From Gloeobacterales cyanobacterium (lineage in GTDB: Bacteria > Cyanobacteriota > Cyanobacteriia > Gloeobacterales > PMM-0068), in the NCBI GenBank assembly GCA_038245785.1, contig JBBRSB010000030.1, forward strand, positions 386 to 64,385: DNA of 64,000 nucleotides, written 5' to 3'. A program made the translations under genes and the position numbers. The notes beneath the pieces are model-generated. The model saw only the letters and a program-made list of their open reading frames with translations. It was not told the DNA's origin and searched no databases. Below are positions 56,602 to 64,000 of this stretch, in pieces. The first letter of the stretch is position 1; every line of letters begins with the position of its first letter.

Positions 56602-59139
56602 ATGAGAGCAGTGTTGATGGCTGGTGGATCGGGTACCAGGCTACGTCCACTGACCTGTGACCTCCCAAAGCCGATGGTGCCGATTCTCAATCGCCCGATT
56701 TCCGAACATATTCTCAACCTCCTCAAGCGTCATGGCATGCAAGAGGTAGTCGCTACCTTGCACTATCTGCCCGATGCCATGCGGGAGTACTTTCGGGATG
56801 GCAGTGACTATGGAGTCAAGCTGACCTATGCGGTCGAAGAAGACAAACCCCTAGGAACGGCTGGCTGCGTAAAAAATATTGAAACGCTACTCACAGAGAC
56901 CTTTGTAGTGATTTCCGGGGATTCCTTAACAGACTTTGACCTTACGGCTGCCGTCAAATTTCATAAAGAAAAAGGTTCTAAAGCGACTTTAGTTCTCACC
57001 CGTGTCCCGGACCCTCAAGAGTTTGGCGTCGTGATCATCGATAAGGAAGGGAAAATTCAGCGTTTCCTGGAAAAGCCGTCTGCCAGCGAAATTTTCTCCG
57101 ATACGGTAAACACAGGCATTTACATCCTGGAGCCTTCAGTGCTTCAGTACTTGCCCAAGAACAAAGAAGTAGATTTTTCCAAAGACTTATTTCCTTTGCT
57201 GATGAGCAAGAAAGAACCGATGTACGGCTACGTGGCCGAGGGCTACTGGTGCGATGTCGGCAGTCTGGACACTTATCGAGAAGCGCAGTATGACGCTTTA
57301 GAAAGCAAAGTCCTAGTAGACATGCCTTATCAAGAATTGTCTAAGGGGATTTGGGTCGGAGAGCAGACCATTATTGACTCCACGGTCTATCTAGAAGCAC
57401 CTCTATTGATTGGGCGTGGCTCTCGCATCGGTCCTGGAGCCAAGCTTTTACCGGGAACCATCGTTGGCGACAATGTGACAATCGGGGCCAATTGCATCCT
57501 TGAGCGTGCGATTCTCTGGAATGGAGTGATCGTCGGCGATGAGTCGGAATTAAGGGCTTGCACAGTTGGTAGAGGCGTGCGTATGGGTCGTAGGGTGCGG
57601 ATCATGGAAGGAGCGACCGTCGGCCCTCTGTGCACTTTGGGGAATGAAGCACAAGTGAAATCTGGTGTCCGAGTTTGGCCGAATAAGAGAATAGAATCCG
57701 GCGCAATTTTAAATCTCAATCTGATTTGGGGGACTATGGCACAGAGGAATCTCTTCTCCCAGCGGGGGGTGACTGGAATTGCGAACGTAGAGATTAACCC
57801 CGAATTTGCAGTCAAACTGGGTGCGGCCTACGGAGCCACCTTCAAATTAGGCTCTCAGGTACAAATCTCCCGCGACCAACGCTCTATCTCTCGAATGGTC
57901 ACCCGTTCGCTCATTTCCGGTTTGATGTCCGTGGGCATAAATGTTCAGAACCTGGATGCCACTGCCATTCCCATCGCTCGCTACTGTGCGCCCTTAAACG
58001 AGGTAGCTGGAGGCATCCACGTACGGCTTCATCCAGAGCGGCCAGACCACCTCTTGATTGAATTTATAGATAGTCAAGGGATCAACATTTCTAAGGCGAT
58101 GGAGAAGAAAATTGAATCCGCCTTTTTCAAAGAAGACTTCCGCCGAGCTTCGATTGAAGAAATTGGCAATGTGAACTACCCGGCCAGGATGCTGGAATTT
58201 TATGGTGCAGGCTACGACAAGAACCTGAATGCAGAAGCTTTGCATGCCAGTGTTTCCAAGATTGTGATTGACTACGCCTATTCCGTTAGTGGGGCTGTAT
58301 TGCCCATGCTGCTGGGCAAATTTGGCTGTGATGCCGTCATTCTCAACGCTTCTCTAACCCCTTCTGCCCCGAACATGGAACAACGCGAGGGCTTACTCAA
58401 ACAGTTGAGCAATGTTGTAGAAGCGCTCCAGGCCAACTTTGGTGTACAGGTGGCGGCCAATGGGGAGCAATTTATCCTTGTAGATGAAGTAGGCGAATCG
58501 ATTCGCGATGAAATCCTGACTGCGGTTATGGTAGAGCTTGTGCTCAGCGCCAATCCCCGTGGCACGATCGTCGTACCGGTGGAAGTGTCCAGCCTCGTCG
58601 ACCAAATTGTCCGCAGACATGACGCCACCCTCATTCGCACCAAATCCAATCCCACCGCGATCATGGAAGCGGCTGCTTCTGCCGAAAATGTAGTCCTTGC
58701 CGGTTCTGCTGCTATTGGATTTATCTTCCCTGAGCTGCATCCTGGATTTGACGCTATGTTCGCCATAGGCAAACTGATCGAAATGGTGACGCTCCAACAG
58801 CGTTCCCTGCAACAAGTCCGCCAAGAGCTTCCGCCAACTTATTACAGGCATTTAGCGGTTCGCTGCTCTTGGGCGGCCAAGGGCTCGGTCATGCGTCAGC
58901 TCGTAGAAGACAACGATACGGAGAGAATAGAGCTAATTGATGGCGTCAAGATCTACTACGGGGATGATGAATGGGTTTTGGTCCTACCGGATGCCGGAGA
59001 TCCCTTTGTTCATATTTATGTCAACGCCAGCTCCAAACGCAAAACGGATGAACTCTTGCGTAAATATAAGGAGAAAGTCAGCGCCATCTCTCGCGACAAA
59101 GAAAGTTTATCGGAGCCGCTGGTCGCTGCGTTTGATTAA
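56602..59139 (+). CDS. bifunctional sugar-phosphate nucleotidyltransferase / phosphomannomutase-like protein
   Basis: N-terminal MRAVLMAGGSGTRLRPLT (NTP-transferase), left-handed beta-helix hexapeptide repeats, and C-terminal PGM/PMM-like domains. ATG 56602 follows TAGGAGG. Confidence 0.8.
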   Translation: MRAVLMAGGSGTRLRPLTCDLPKPMVPILNRPISEHILNLLKRHGMQEVVATLHYLPDAMREYFRDGSDYGVKLTYAVEEDKPLGTAGCVKNIETLLTETFVVISGDSLTDFDLTAAVKFHKEKGSKATLVLTRVPDPQEFGVVIIDKEGKIQRFLEKPSASEIFSDTVNTGIYILEPSVLQYLPKNKEVDFSKDLFPLLMSKKEPMYGYVAEGYWCDVGSLDTYREAQYDALESKVLVDMPYQELSKGIWVGEQTIIDSTVYLEAPLLIGRGSRIGPGAKLLPGTIVGDNVTIGANCILERAILWNGVIVGDESELRACTVGRGVRMGRRVRIMEGATVGPLCTLGNEAQVKSGVRVWPNKRIESGAILNLNLIWGTMAQRNLFSQRGVTGIANVEINPEFAVKLGAAYGATFKLGSQVQISRDQRSISRMVTRSLISGLMSVGINVQNLDATAIPIARYCAPLNEVAGGIHVRLHPERPDHLLIEFIDSQGINISKAMEKKIESAFFKEDFRRASIEEIGNVNYPARMLEFYGAGYDKNLNAEALHASVSKIVIDYAYSVSGAVLPMLLGKFGCDAVILNASLTPSAPNMEQREGLLKQLSNVVEALQANFGVQVAANGEQFILVDEVGESIRDEILTAVMVELVLSANPRGTIVVPVEVSSLVDQIVRRHDATLIRTKSNPTAIMEAAASAENVVLAGSAAIGFIFPELHPGFDAMFAIGKLIEMVTLQQRSLQQVRQELPPTYYRHLAVRCSWAAKGSVMRQLVEDNDTERIELIDGVKIYYGDDEWVLVLPDAGDPFVHIYVNASSKRKTDELLRKYKEKVSAISRDKESLSEPLVAAFD

Positions 59140-59258
59140 ATTGATTAACACGGCAGAAATATAACTCAATCTTGGGGTCCCACTTTTGCTAGAGTGCCTT
59201 ATTAGGATGTGGGGCGGAACTGGAACAAAATCAGCTTTGGAAGGTCTTGAAACGAGCA

Positions 59259-61199
59259 ATGCACATCTCTCCTCTCGCCCATAGAATAGCGGCCACAGCC
59301 CTAGTTTTGAGTTTGTTGGCCATCCCGGTTGAGGCTAAAGACACCATTGTCCCCATAGATACGGGGGCTGATCGTCTTGAAGTCCTGCTTATGCAAGGAA
59401 AACCAACCGCCGTCGTGGGCTTGATGGAAGCTCAGGCGCTCGCCGTGGTGGACCTAGATAGTCAACAGGTGAAGGCCAAAATCCCCCTGGGCTTTGAGCC
59501 GATTGTGACCCGTGTGGACGCGGCTCAAAATCGAGCCTATGTGGCTGGCCTGAACAGTAATAGCATCGCGGTCGTAGACCTGAATAAAAACGAAGTTATC
59601 CAAACCATTGACCTCAGTGCTGGTGTCTTTGACCTAGACCTCGACCCTGCACGCAAGCTCTTGGTTGCCACCCATCCGAAGGCTGGTCAAATCTCTGTGG
59701 TTCGCTTGGATGGCTCTGCCAAGGAAAAATTTCTAGTCCGTTCGCTGCCGATGCCCAATGGTCCCCTAGCCTGCGCCATTGACCAGGAGACGGGCAATAT
59801 CTGGATTTCTTTGGCGAATAACGAGGGTCTGGGTCTGGTCCTCGTCAATCCCGACAATGGTGAACTACTGGCCCGTCTGCGTTCAGGCAGCAATCCAGAA
59901 GACTTGGCCTTGGACACAAAGCATAATCGCGCCGTGTTGCTCAATTCCGGTTCCCAAGACCTTTCGATTGTGCCCTTGAGCTTGGGTGGAACGTTTCGCT
60001 CCGTGGGATTAGATTGGAAACCCACCCGAATGGTCCTTTCTGCCGATGGCAAATTTGCCTATGTAACGTCTCGCGATAGTGACCGTATCCAAATCGTCGA
60101 CTTAGATGCAGGCAGAACGATTGGCAACCAAAAAGTGGGCAGTGCGCCCACGGGTGTCGCTCGCTTAGGCAGTGGTTTGGTGGTGGTAGAGGCAGGGGCT
60201 AAATCTTTGCGCTGGATCACCAATCCGCTAGCGACCAATGCCGCCACCGCGAACTCGACTGGTTCTACTAGCTCTACGCTGAAGACCGAGGTTTCAATCA
60301 GCAAGTTAGCGCCTACGCGCAAAGATATTGGGGCCGTTGCCGGTCAGGTGACCGACTTGGCGGGAAATGCAGTCGCCAAGGGGGCACTCACTGTTGAAGG
60401 TAGAAAAGTCCCGATTTTGCCCGATGGCTCTTTCCTCCTGTCCCAACTGCCTCCTGGTAAATATTTAGTGGATGTGGAAGTTCCAGGATTTCCCAAATTC
60501 ACCGCTAGAGTGCAGGCACGGGGTGGTTACGTCGCTACCAATGATATCCAGCTGCCTCCACGTTCGGATTGGGCCACCAAGAAATTTACGGTAAACCAAT
60601 CGGTAGAGGGCGAAAATATCGGCATCTTAGCGGATGCCCCTCAGTACTCAGAGCTTTTTGCCCGTAGCCTGATGCCGCTGATGGACGAGAATCTAACCAA
60701 GAAACGCAAAGTCTTAGTCCTCAATGGTCCCCTCGGCCCCGCACCAGAATTTGCCCGTTTTGCTTCTGCGGTAGAAGGTCTGAGTGTGATTGACCGCAAC
60801 AATCGCTACACCCAAGAGGTGGAAAAACTAAAAGCCTTAGGCCGGACTCTGGGACTTAGATATATCGTATTTACGCAAGTAGTGCATTCCCGAGGTTATG
60901 ACCAGAAGGGAAATCCCTTTGTCAATTCTGTTTTGAAAATTTTTGTCCCTCTAGATATTCCCAATATTCCCAACTTCACCCCTAACCAATTGCGGGCTCA
61001 GGGGGCTGTGCTGGTGTTGGACCTGCAAAAAACTAAGGTTGGAGAAAAGGCCAATTTCCTAAAAGTTCAGGGGCAGGATGATGTGGGAGGAGATCCCCTC
61101 TACGAGGAATCAGCTGATGGTCTATTTCGTTTAGAAATTCGCAATATGGCTCAGGAGGTAGTCAAGCAATGGCAACAAAGCAACCCATTCACAAGCTGA
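59259..61199 (+). CDS. secreted multidomain protein: YVTN-type beta-propeller + CarboxypepD_reg-like + C-terminal CsgG/LpoB-like domain
   Basis: Signal peptide (ALVLSLLAIPVEA). Repeated blades (AYVAGLNSNSIAVVDL, LVATHPKAGQISVVRL, AYVTSRDSDRIQIVDL). GQVTDLAGNAVAKGALTV..GKYLVDVEVPGF. The C-terminal LGRTLGLRYIVFTQVV pattern is present. Confidence 0.55.
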   Translation: MHISPLAHRIAATALVLSLLAIPVEAKDTIVPIDTGADRLEVLLMQGKPTAVVGLMEAQALAVVDLDSQQVKAKIPLGFEPIVTRVDAAQNRAYVAGLNSNSIAVVDLNKNEVIQTIDLSAGVFDLDLDPARKLLVATHPKAGQISVVRLDGSAKEKFLVRSLPMPNGPLACAIDQETGNIWISLANNEGLGLVLVNPDNGELLARLRSGSNPEDLALDTKHNRAVLLNSGSQDLSIVPLSLGGTFRSVGLDWKPTRMVLSADGKFAYVTSRDSDRIQIVDLDAGRTIGNQKVGSAPTGVARLGSGLVVVEAGAKSLRWITNPLATNAATANSTGSTSSTLKTEVSISKLAPTRKDIGAVAGQVTDLAGNAVAKGALTVEGRKVPILPDGSFLLSQLPPGKYLVDVEVPGFPKFTARVQARGGYVATNDIQLPPRSDWATKKFTVNQSVEGENIGILADAPQYSELFARSLMPLMDENLTKKRKVLVLNGPLGPAPEFARFASAVEGLSVIDRNNRYTQEVEKLKALGRTLGLRYIVFTQVVHSRGYDQKGNPFVNSVLKIFVPLDIPNIPNFTPNQLRAQGAVLVLDLQKTKVGEKANFLKVQGQDDVGGDPLYEESADGLFRLEIRNMAQEVVKQWQQSNPFTS

Positions 61200-61201
61200 C
61201 T

Positions 61202-62134
61202 ATGCATAAGCTGACCGGCATGTTGCTGAGCTTGGGGATTGTTGCTTTCTCGGCAACAGTGGCCCAAGCTGAACCCGCTCGTCTTGTTGGGCAAGTCAAA
61301 GATGTAACCGGCAAGCCTCTGCAAGCTACGGTTCAATTGGGCGAACAAGCCGTCACTACGGATAGCCAAGGGATCTATGAACTAAACAACCTTACGCAAG
61401 GACGCTGGCAAGTCCAGGTAAAAAGTGCAGGCTATGCTCCAGTGAACCACAAGGTCTGGCTCGTTGAAGCGATGACGACTCCCCTGGACGTTGCTTTAGA
61501 GAAGGCCGTAGTTCCTCGCGAACTGACTCAGGTCGGCATGGTTGGCGTTGGGGCTCTGCCTCGCACCGATAAGCTTGCCCAACGCATGGCTGGAGAAATG
61601 GCGCGCTTGGGAGCTTTTCCCGAGGTGGGACCTTTGGCCCTGTTGCAGCCTCCTTTGCTAACTCCGATTCTCAAAAAACTAAACCGTCCCCTTTATGAGG
61701 TCTTGGATAAAGACATCATGGATAAACTGTCTCAGGGCAAAGCGGATGAGCAGCGGGTCCGAGAATTTTTTAGCTATACTGGCCTCAAAGCGCTAGCCGT
61801 GGCCCGTGTGGACTTTCTCAATCAATCAGAGAATCCGCAAGAAACCGAAGTAAAATCTCGAAGCCGCGTAGAGCTTTGGGAATTCAACAAAGATAATCGT
61901 TTGACCGTCCGTGTACTGGCTGAGGCTGGACGCAACGAAAAGCAAGACCGACTGCTCAATCAGGATGAAGCAGAGCTGCTCTATCAGGTACAGGTCACCC
62001 AGATGGCGGGAGAGATTGGCAAACGCTGGGAAGGACAGAATAGCCCTTGGATAGCCTATTTCCCAAAAGGAACTACGCTGCCAGTCCCTGGTTCAACCAA
62101 GGAAGTTACGGGTGAAGTCGTACCGCCTAAGTAG
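61202..62134 (+). CDS. secreted CarboxypepD_reg-like + C-terminal domain protein (shorter paralogue of the preceding gene)
   Basis: ATG 61202 lies 3 nt after the previous stop. Signal peptide (VAFSATVAQA). GQVKDVTGKPLQATVQL..GRWQVQVKSAGY. The C-terminal region has the same layout as that of the 650-aa protein. Confidence 0.5.
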   Translation: MHKLTGMLLSLGIVAFSATVAQAEPARLVGQVKDVTGKPLQATVQLGEQAVTTDSQGIYELNNLTQGRWQVQVKSAGYAPVNHKVWLVEAMTTPLDVALEKAVVPRELTQVGMVGVGALPRTDKLAQRMAGEMARLGAFPEVGPLALLQPPLLTPILKKLNRPLYEVLDKDIMDKLSQGKADEQRVREFFSYTGLKALAVARVDFLNQSENPQETEVKSRSRVELWEFNKDNRLTVRVLAEAGRNEKQDRLLNQDEAELLYQVQVTQMAGEIGKRWEGQNSPWIAYFPKGTTLPVPGSTKEVTGEVVPPK

Positions 62135-62465
62135 GCTGGTTTTCACTTTGATTCGCTGATTGTTCCAGCAAATGATAGATTAGGTATGGCTTGGTGTAAC
62201 GAGTTTACAACCCCAAACTGTGTCAGAGCTTGACCGCAGCAGCACTACGGGTACTTGTAATCGTCGTTGCTCCAGGCTCTAAGATTTTTTCAATTGAATT
62301 GCGCAACATGCCGTCCCCTCAAAGGGCGTAAGCGCTACCAAAAAATACAACACAGAAGCTTTGTCCAAGAACAAGAAGAGGTTGTTCGATGGCAATTGTT
62401 GTTGCCCTTAGTCCCGAATTAGAATGGCACAATTGAAGGCAAGTCTAAATTTTACTGAATTCCCA

Positions 62466-62684
62466 ATGAGCGTTCCTGAACTCCTCCCAGCGCTAAAGAC
62501 CTTATCCCGTGCTGAAAAGCTAAGGGGGATGCAATTTCTTGTTCAAGAATTGGCGAGGGAAGAAGACGTATCTCCGTTACAGGCAGGAACGACCTATCAT
62601 GTTTGGTCGCCCTTAAATTCACATAAAGCGGCACAAACACTGGCAACCTTGTTGGAAGACGAGCAGAAAGAGAATCATGCTTGA
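62466..62684 (+). CDS. small hypothetical protein, antitoxin-like helical protein
   Basis: 72 aa from ATG 62466 (MSVPELLPALKTLSRAEKLRGMQFLVQELAREE...), resembling putative addiction-module component families. This is a weak call. Confidence 0.35.
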   Translation: MSVPELLPALKTLSRAEKLRGMQFLVQELAREEDVSPLQAGTTYHVWSPLNSHKAAQTLATLLEDEQKENHA

Positions 62685-63102
62685 TTCCAAGTGCTTCTCG
62701 TTTTTATAGGCACATTGGATGCGATACCACTGTTTCTATCGACACAGATGTTTTTTAAAGTGGGTCCGAAGTCATAAAATTCTGCATAACAACCTTTAAA
62801 ATCAAGTAGGCTACAAATCCTCCGTTATCCACTGAAATTTATACCGAGGTTGTCTGCATAGTTTTCTTAAGTGATAATATACGAAGAGGTTGCCTGCCTA
62901 ATATGATGCTACGCAGGTAATTAGACAGAGAAAGTCAATCTAATAATTAGTTAGCGCTAGTTACATGGCGCTGGCAAAAAAGGCTTGGAGGTTCAGGTTC
63001 ACATTGAAGCATACGTCGCAATCTCGTTTGGGTTGGAAATCTTCGCTTCTACTATCGTAGAGGTAACTATGAAAAACTCATTCGCTATCCTTAATCAAGT
63101 AA

Positions 63103-63232
63103 TGGCATGTGTTTGGTGCGGAATAGCGTTCCTGCGGAGCTCAGTACGAGAAAATTCCAACCCAATCGAGAGATAACGTGTATGGATATGTGCTATCTGC
63201 CAAGAGTGAACGCAGGGGGTTCAATCCCCCTC
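63103..63232 (+). other. tRNA-like module (T-arm + acceptor 3' strand + CCA) with two alternative 5' pairing partners; not a canonical tRNA
   Basis: 63205-63231 reads GGGGG-TTCAATC-CCCCT-CTCCGCA-CCA. 63123-63129 (TGCGGAG) pairs 7/7 with 63222-63228, and 63103-63112 (TTGGTGCGGA) pairs 10/10 with 63223-63232. A D-arm-like AGCTCAGT lies at 63128-63135. I could not fold an anticodon arm by eye in the intervening ~75 nt. Confidence 0.5.
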
Positions 63233-63494
63233 TCCGCACCAATTTATGCAGTGTTAGCTGGCTCCGTACAAGGTTCTTGCGCTCCTTCTTGCAAGTGATC
63301 AGTTTATGCGAAAAGGCCCAGGAGGCGATTGGTGAAGGCTGTAGCTCAAGGTTCTTGTGGCGTTCAAAAGCACTCAATAGGCCATTAGTGAGGATAGTAC
63401 TAAAGGGTAAGCAGTGATTCCGAAAGATAGAGTTAAGTCCTCTGACCCCGCTTATCTTGGTCGTTAGGTTTCTGAGAGGCTAACAGGTAATGCA

Positions 63495-64000
63495 ATGTGG
63501 GAATACAGCGAAGCAGCCAGATTAATGACCATGAGAAGCATTTATAGCGATGACTGTATTTACTGTAGGGCTTCAATGCTGCACTTCTCTTCAGAAAAAT
63601 TTGAGAAGGGTTCTAAGGCTCTGTTTATTCAGTTGTCGATATGTCAACTTTGCGGGTGGTGGATTGTATATCGAATTCATCAAGGCGAATACCCCAGAAC
63701 GGCTGGAATTATTGAGAGTCACTCTGGCGCTATTGGGTGTCTCAAAGAGCTTGACCTCAATGATATTTCAACACCACTAGGTCAGGTTCGACAGTATTTG
63801 CTTGCCAAGAGCGAAACTATATTTGATACACATCCTAAACTATTTGAGGACGTGGTTTGTAGTGTCTTCAAGGACTGCGGATGGAGCGCAAGAGTCACAG
63901 CATATTCTAGTGACGACGGCATAGATGTCATTCTTGATAATTCATCAGGAGAAACAATTGGTGTTCAGGTCAAGCGTTATAAAAAGGAGCGACGGATTGA
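63495..64000 (+). CDS. Mrr-like restriction endonuclease domain protein with N-terminal CxxC..CxxC zinc ribbon (3' end outside window)
   Basis: The frame is open from ATG 63495 to the window end. CIYC...CQLC is followed by FEDVVCSVFKDCGWSARVTAYSSDDGIDVILDNSSGETIGVQVKRYKK, matching the Mrr_cat pattern (D..GIDx..n..QxK). It is absent from the ORF track because no stop lies in the window. Confidence 0.65.
   Translation, partial: MWEYSEAARLMTMRSIYSDDCIYCRASMLHFSSEKFEKGSKALFIQLSICQLCGWWIVYRIHQGEYPRTAGIIESHSGAIGCLKELDLNDISTPLGQVRQYLLAKSETIFDTHPKLFEDVVCSVFKDCGWSARVTAYSSDDGIDVILDNSSGETIGVQVKRYKKERRI

Noticed and set aside
57387-58851. Several 140-165-aa minus-strand ORFs (57387..57815, 58278..58772, 58393..58851)
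   Set aside because: All are antisense to the well-supported nucleotidyltransferase/phosphomutase gene and have Arg/Ser/Pro-rich, non-protein-like composition. Similar shadow ORFs opposite serC, egtB, pgm, trpD, plsX and cph1 were ignored for the same reason.
63103-63232. Intron-containing tRNA-Leu (cyanobacterial group I intron)
   Set aside because: The extra sequence is only ~30-50 nt, far below group I intron size. There are no recognisable P/Q/R/S-type elements, and no UAA anticodon-loop context could be drawn.
63103-63420. tmRNA (standard or circularly permuted two-piece) explaining the T-arm/CCA end
   Set aside because: There is no GGGGCUG-type 5' acceptor strand, no resume codon or tag reading frame ending in ..AA-stop, and no complementary acceptor strand downstream of the CCA as a permuted gene would require.
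63550-63780. 76-aa ORF from the track
   Set aside because: It is out of frame within a longer frame (63495 to the window end) that is open and has clear Mrr-like nuclease motifs.

Overview
This 64-kb window looks like a cyanobacterial chromosomal segment. That is an inference from gene content: a Cph1-type phytochrome with an Rcp1-like receiver, Tic22-like and fibrillin-like proteins, an FrhB/HCAR-like Fe-S protein, a RarA-methyltransferase fusion, and many short CCCCC..GGGGG hairpin repeats. About 65 protein-coding genes are supportable and most are housekeeping: folK, serC-type aminotransferase, NDH-2, pgm, egtB, rluD, rimM, yceD-plsX-fabH-trpD, nth, rseP, trpB, pyrD, glmS, mgtA and a nucleotidyltransferase/phosphomutase fusion. 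I saw no rRNA, no canonical tRNA and no CRISPR array. Two intact type II toxin-antitoxin pairs are present (mazEF at 21.5-22.1 kb, RES/DUF2384 at 47.9-48.8 kb). Decayed or accessory material clusters at 1.1-1.6 kb (cysW remnant), 4.4-4.9 kb, 22.8-23.9 kb, 34.8-36.2 kb, 41.8-48.9 kb (downstream of glmS) and 62.1-64.0 kb. The highest-ranked observations are: (1) a 144-bp element present twice at 143/144 identity, both copies inside coding sequence, one splitting a secreted TPR gene that in-silico excision restores in frame; (2) a tRNA-like T-arm/acceptor/CCA module at 63.1-63.2 kb with two alternative 5' partners, at the border of an A+T-rich region followed by an Mrr-like nuclease; (3) an intact but isolated and divergent rplB outside any ribosomal operon; (4) an IS3-family remnant flush against the glmS stop codon, followed by a patchwork island that includes a hen1 fragment; (5) an uncharacterised HExxH-motif gene pair. 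I did not recognise a clear-cut novel multi-gene system, so candidates are scored modestly and every homology call is by-eye motif recognition only.
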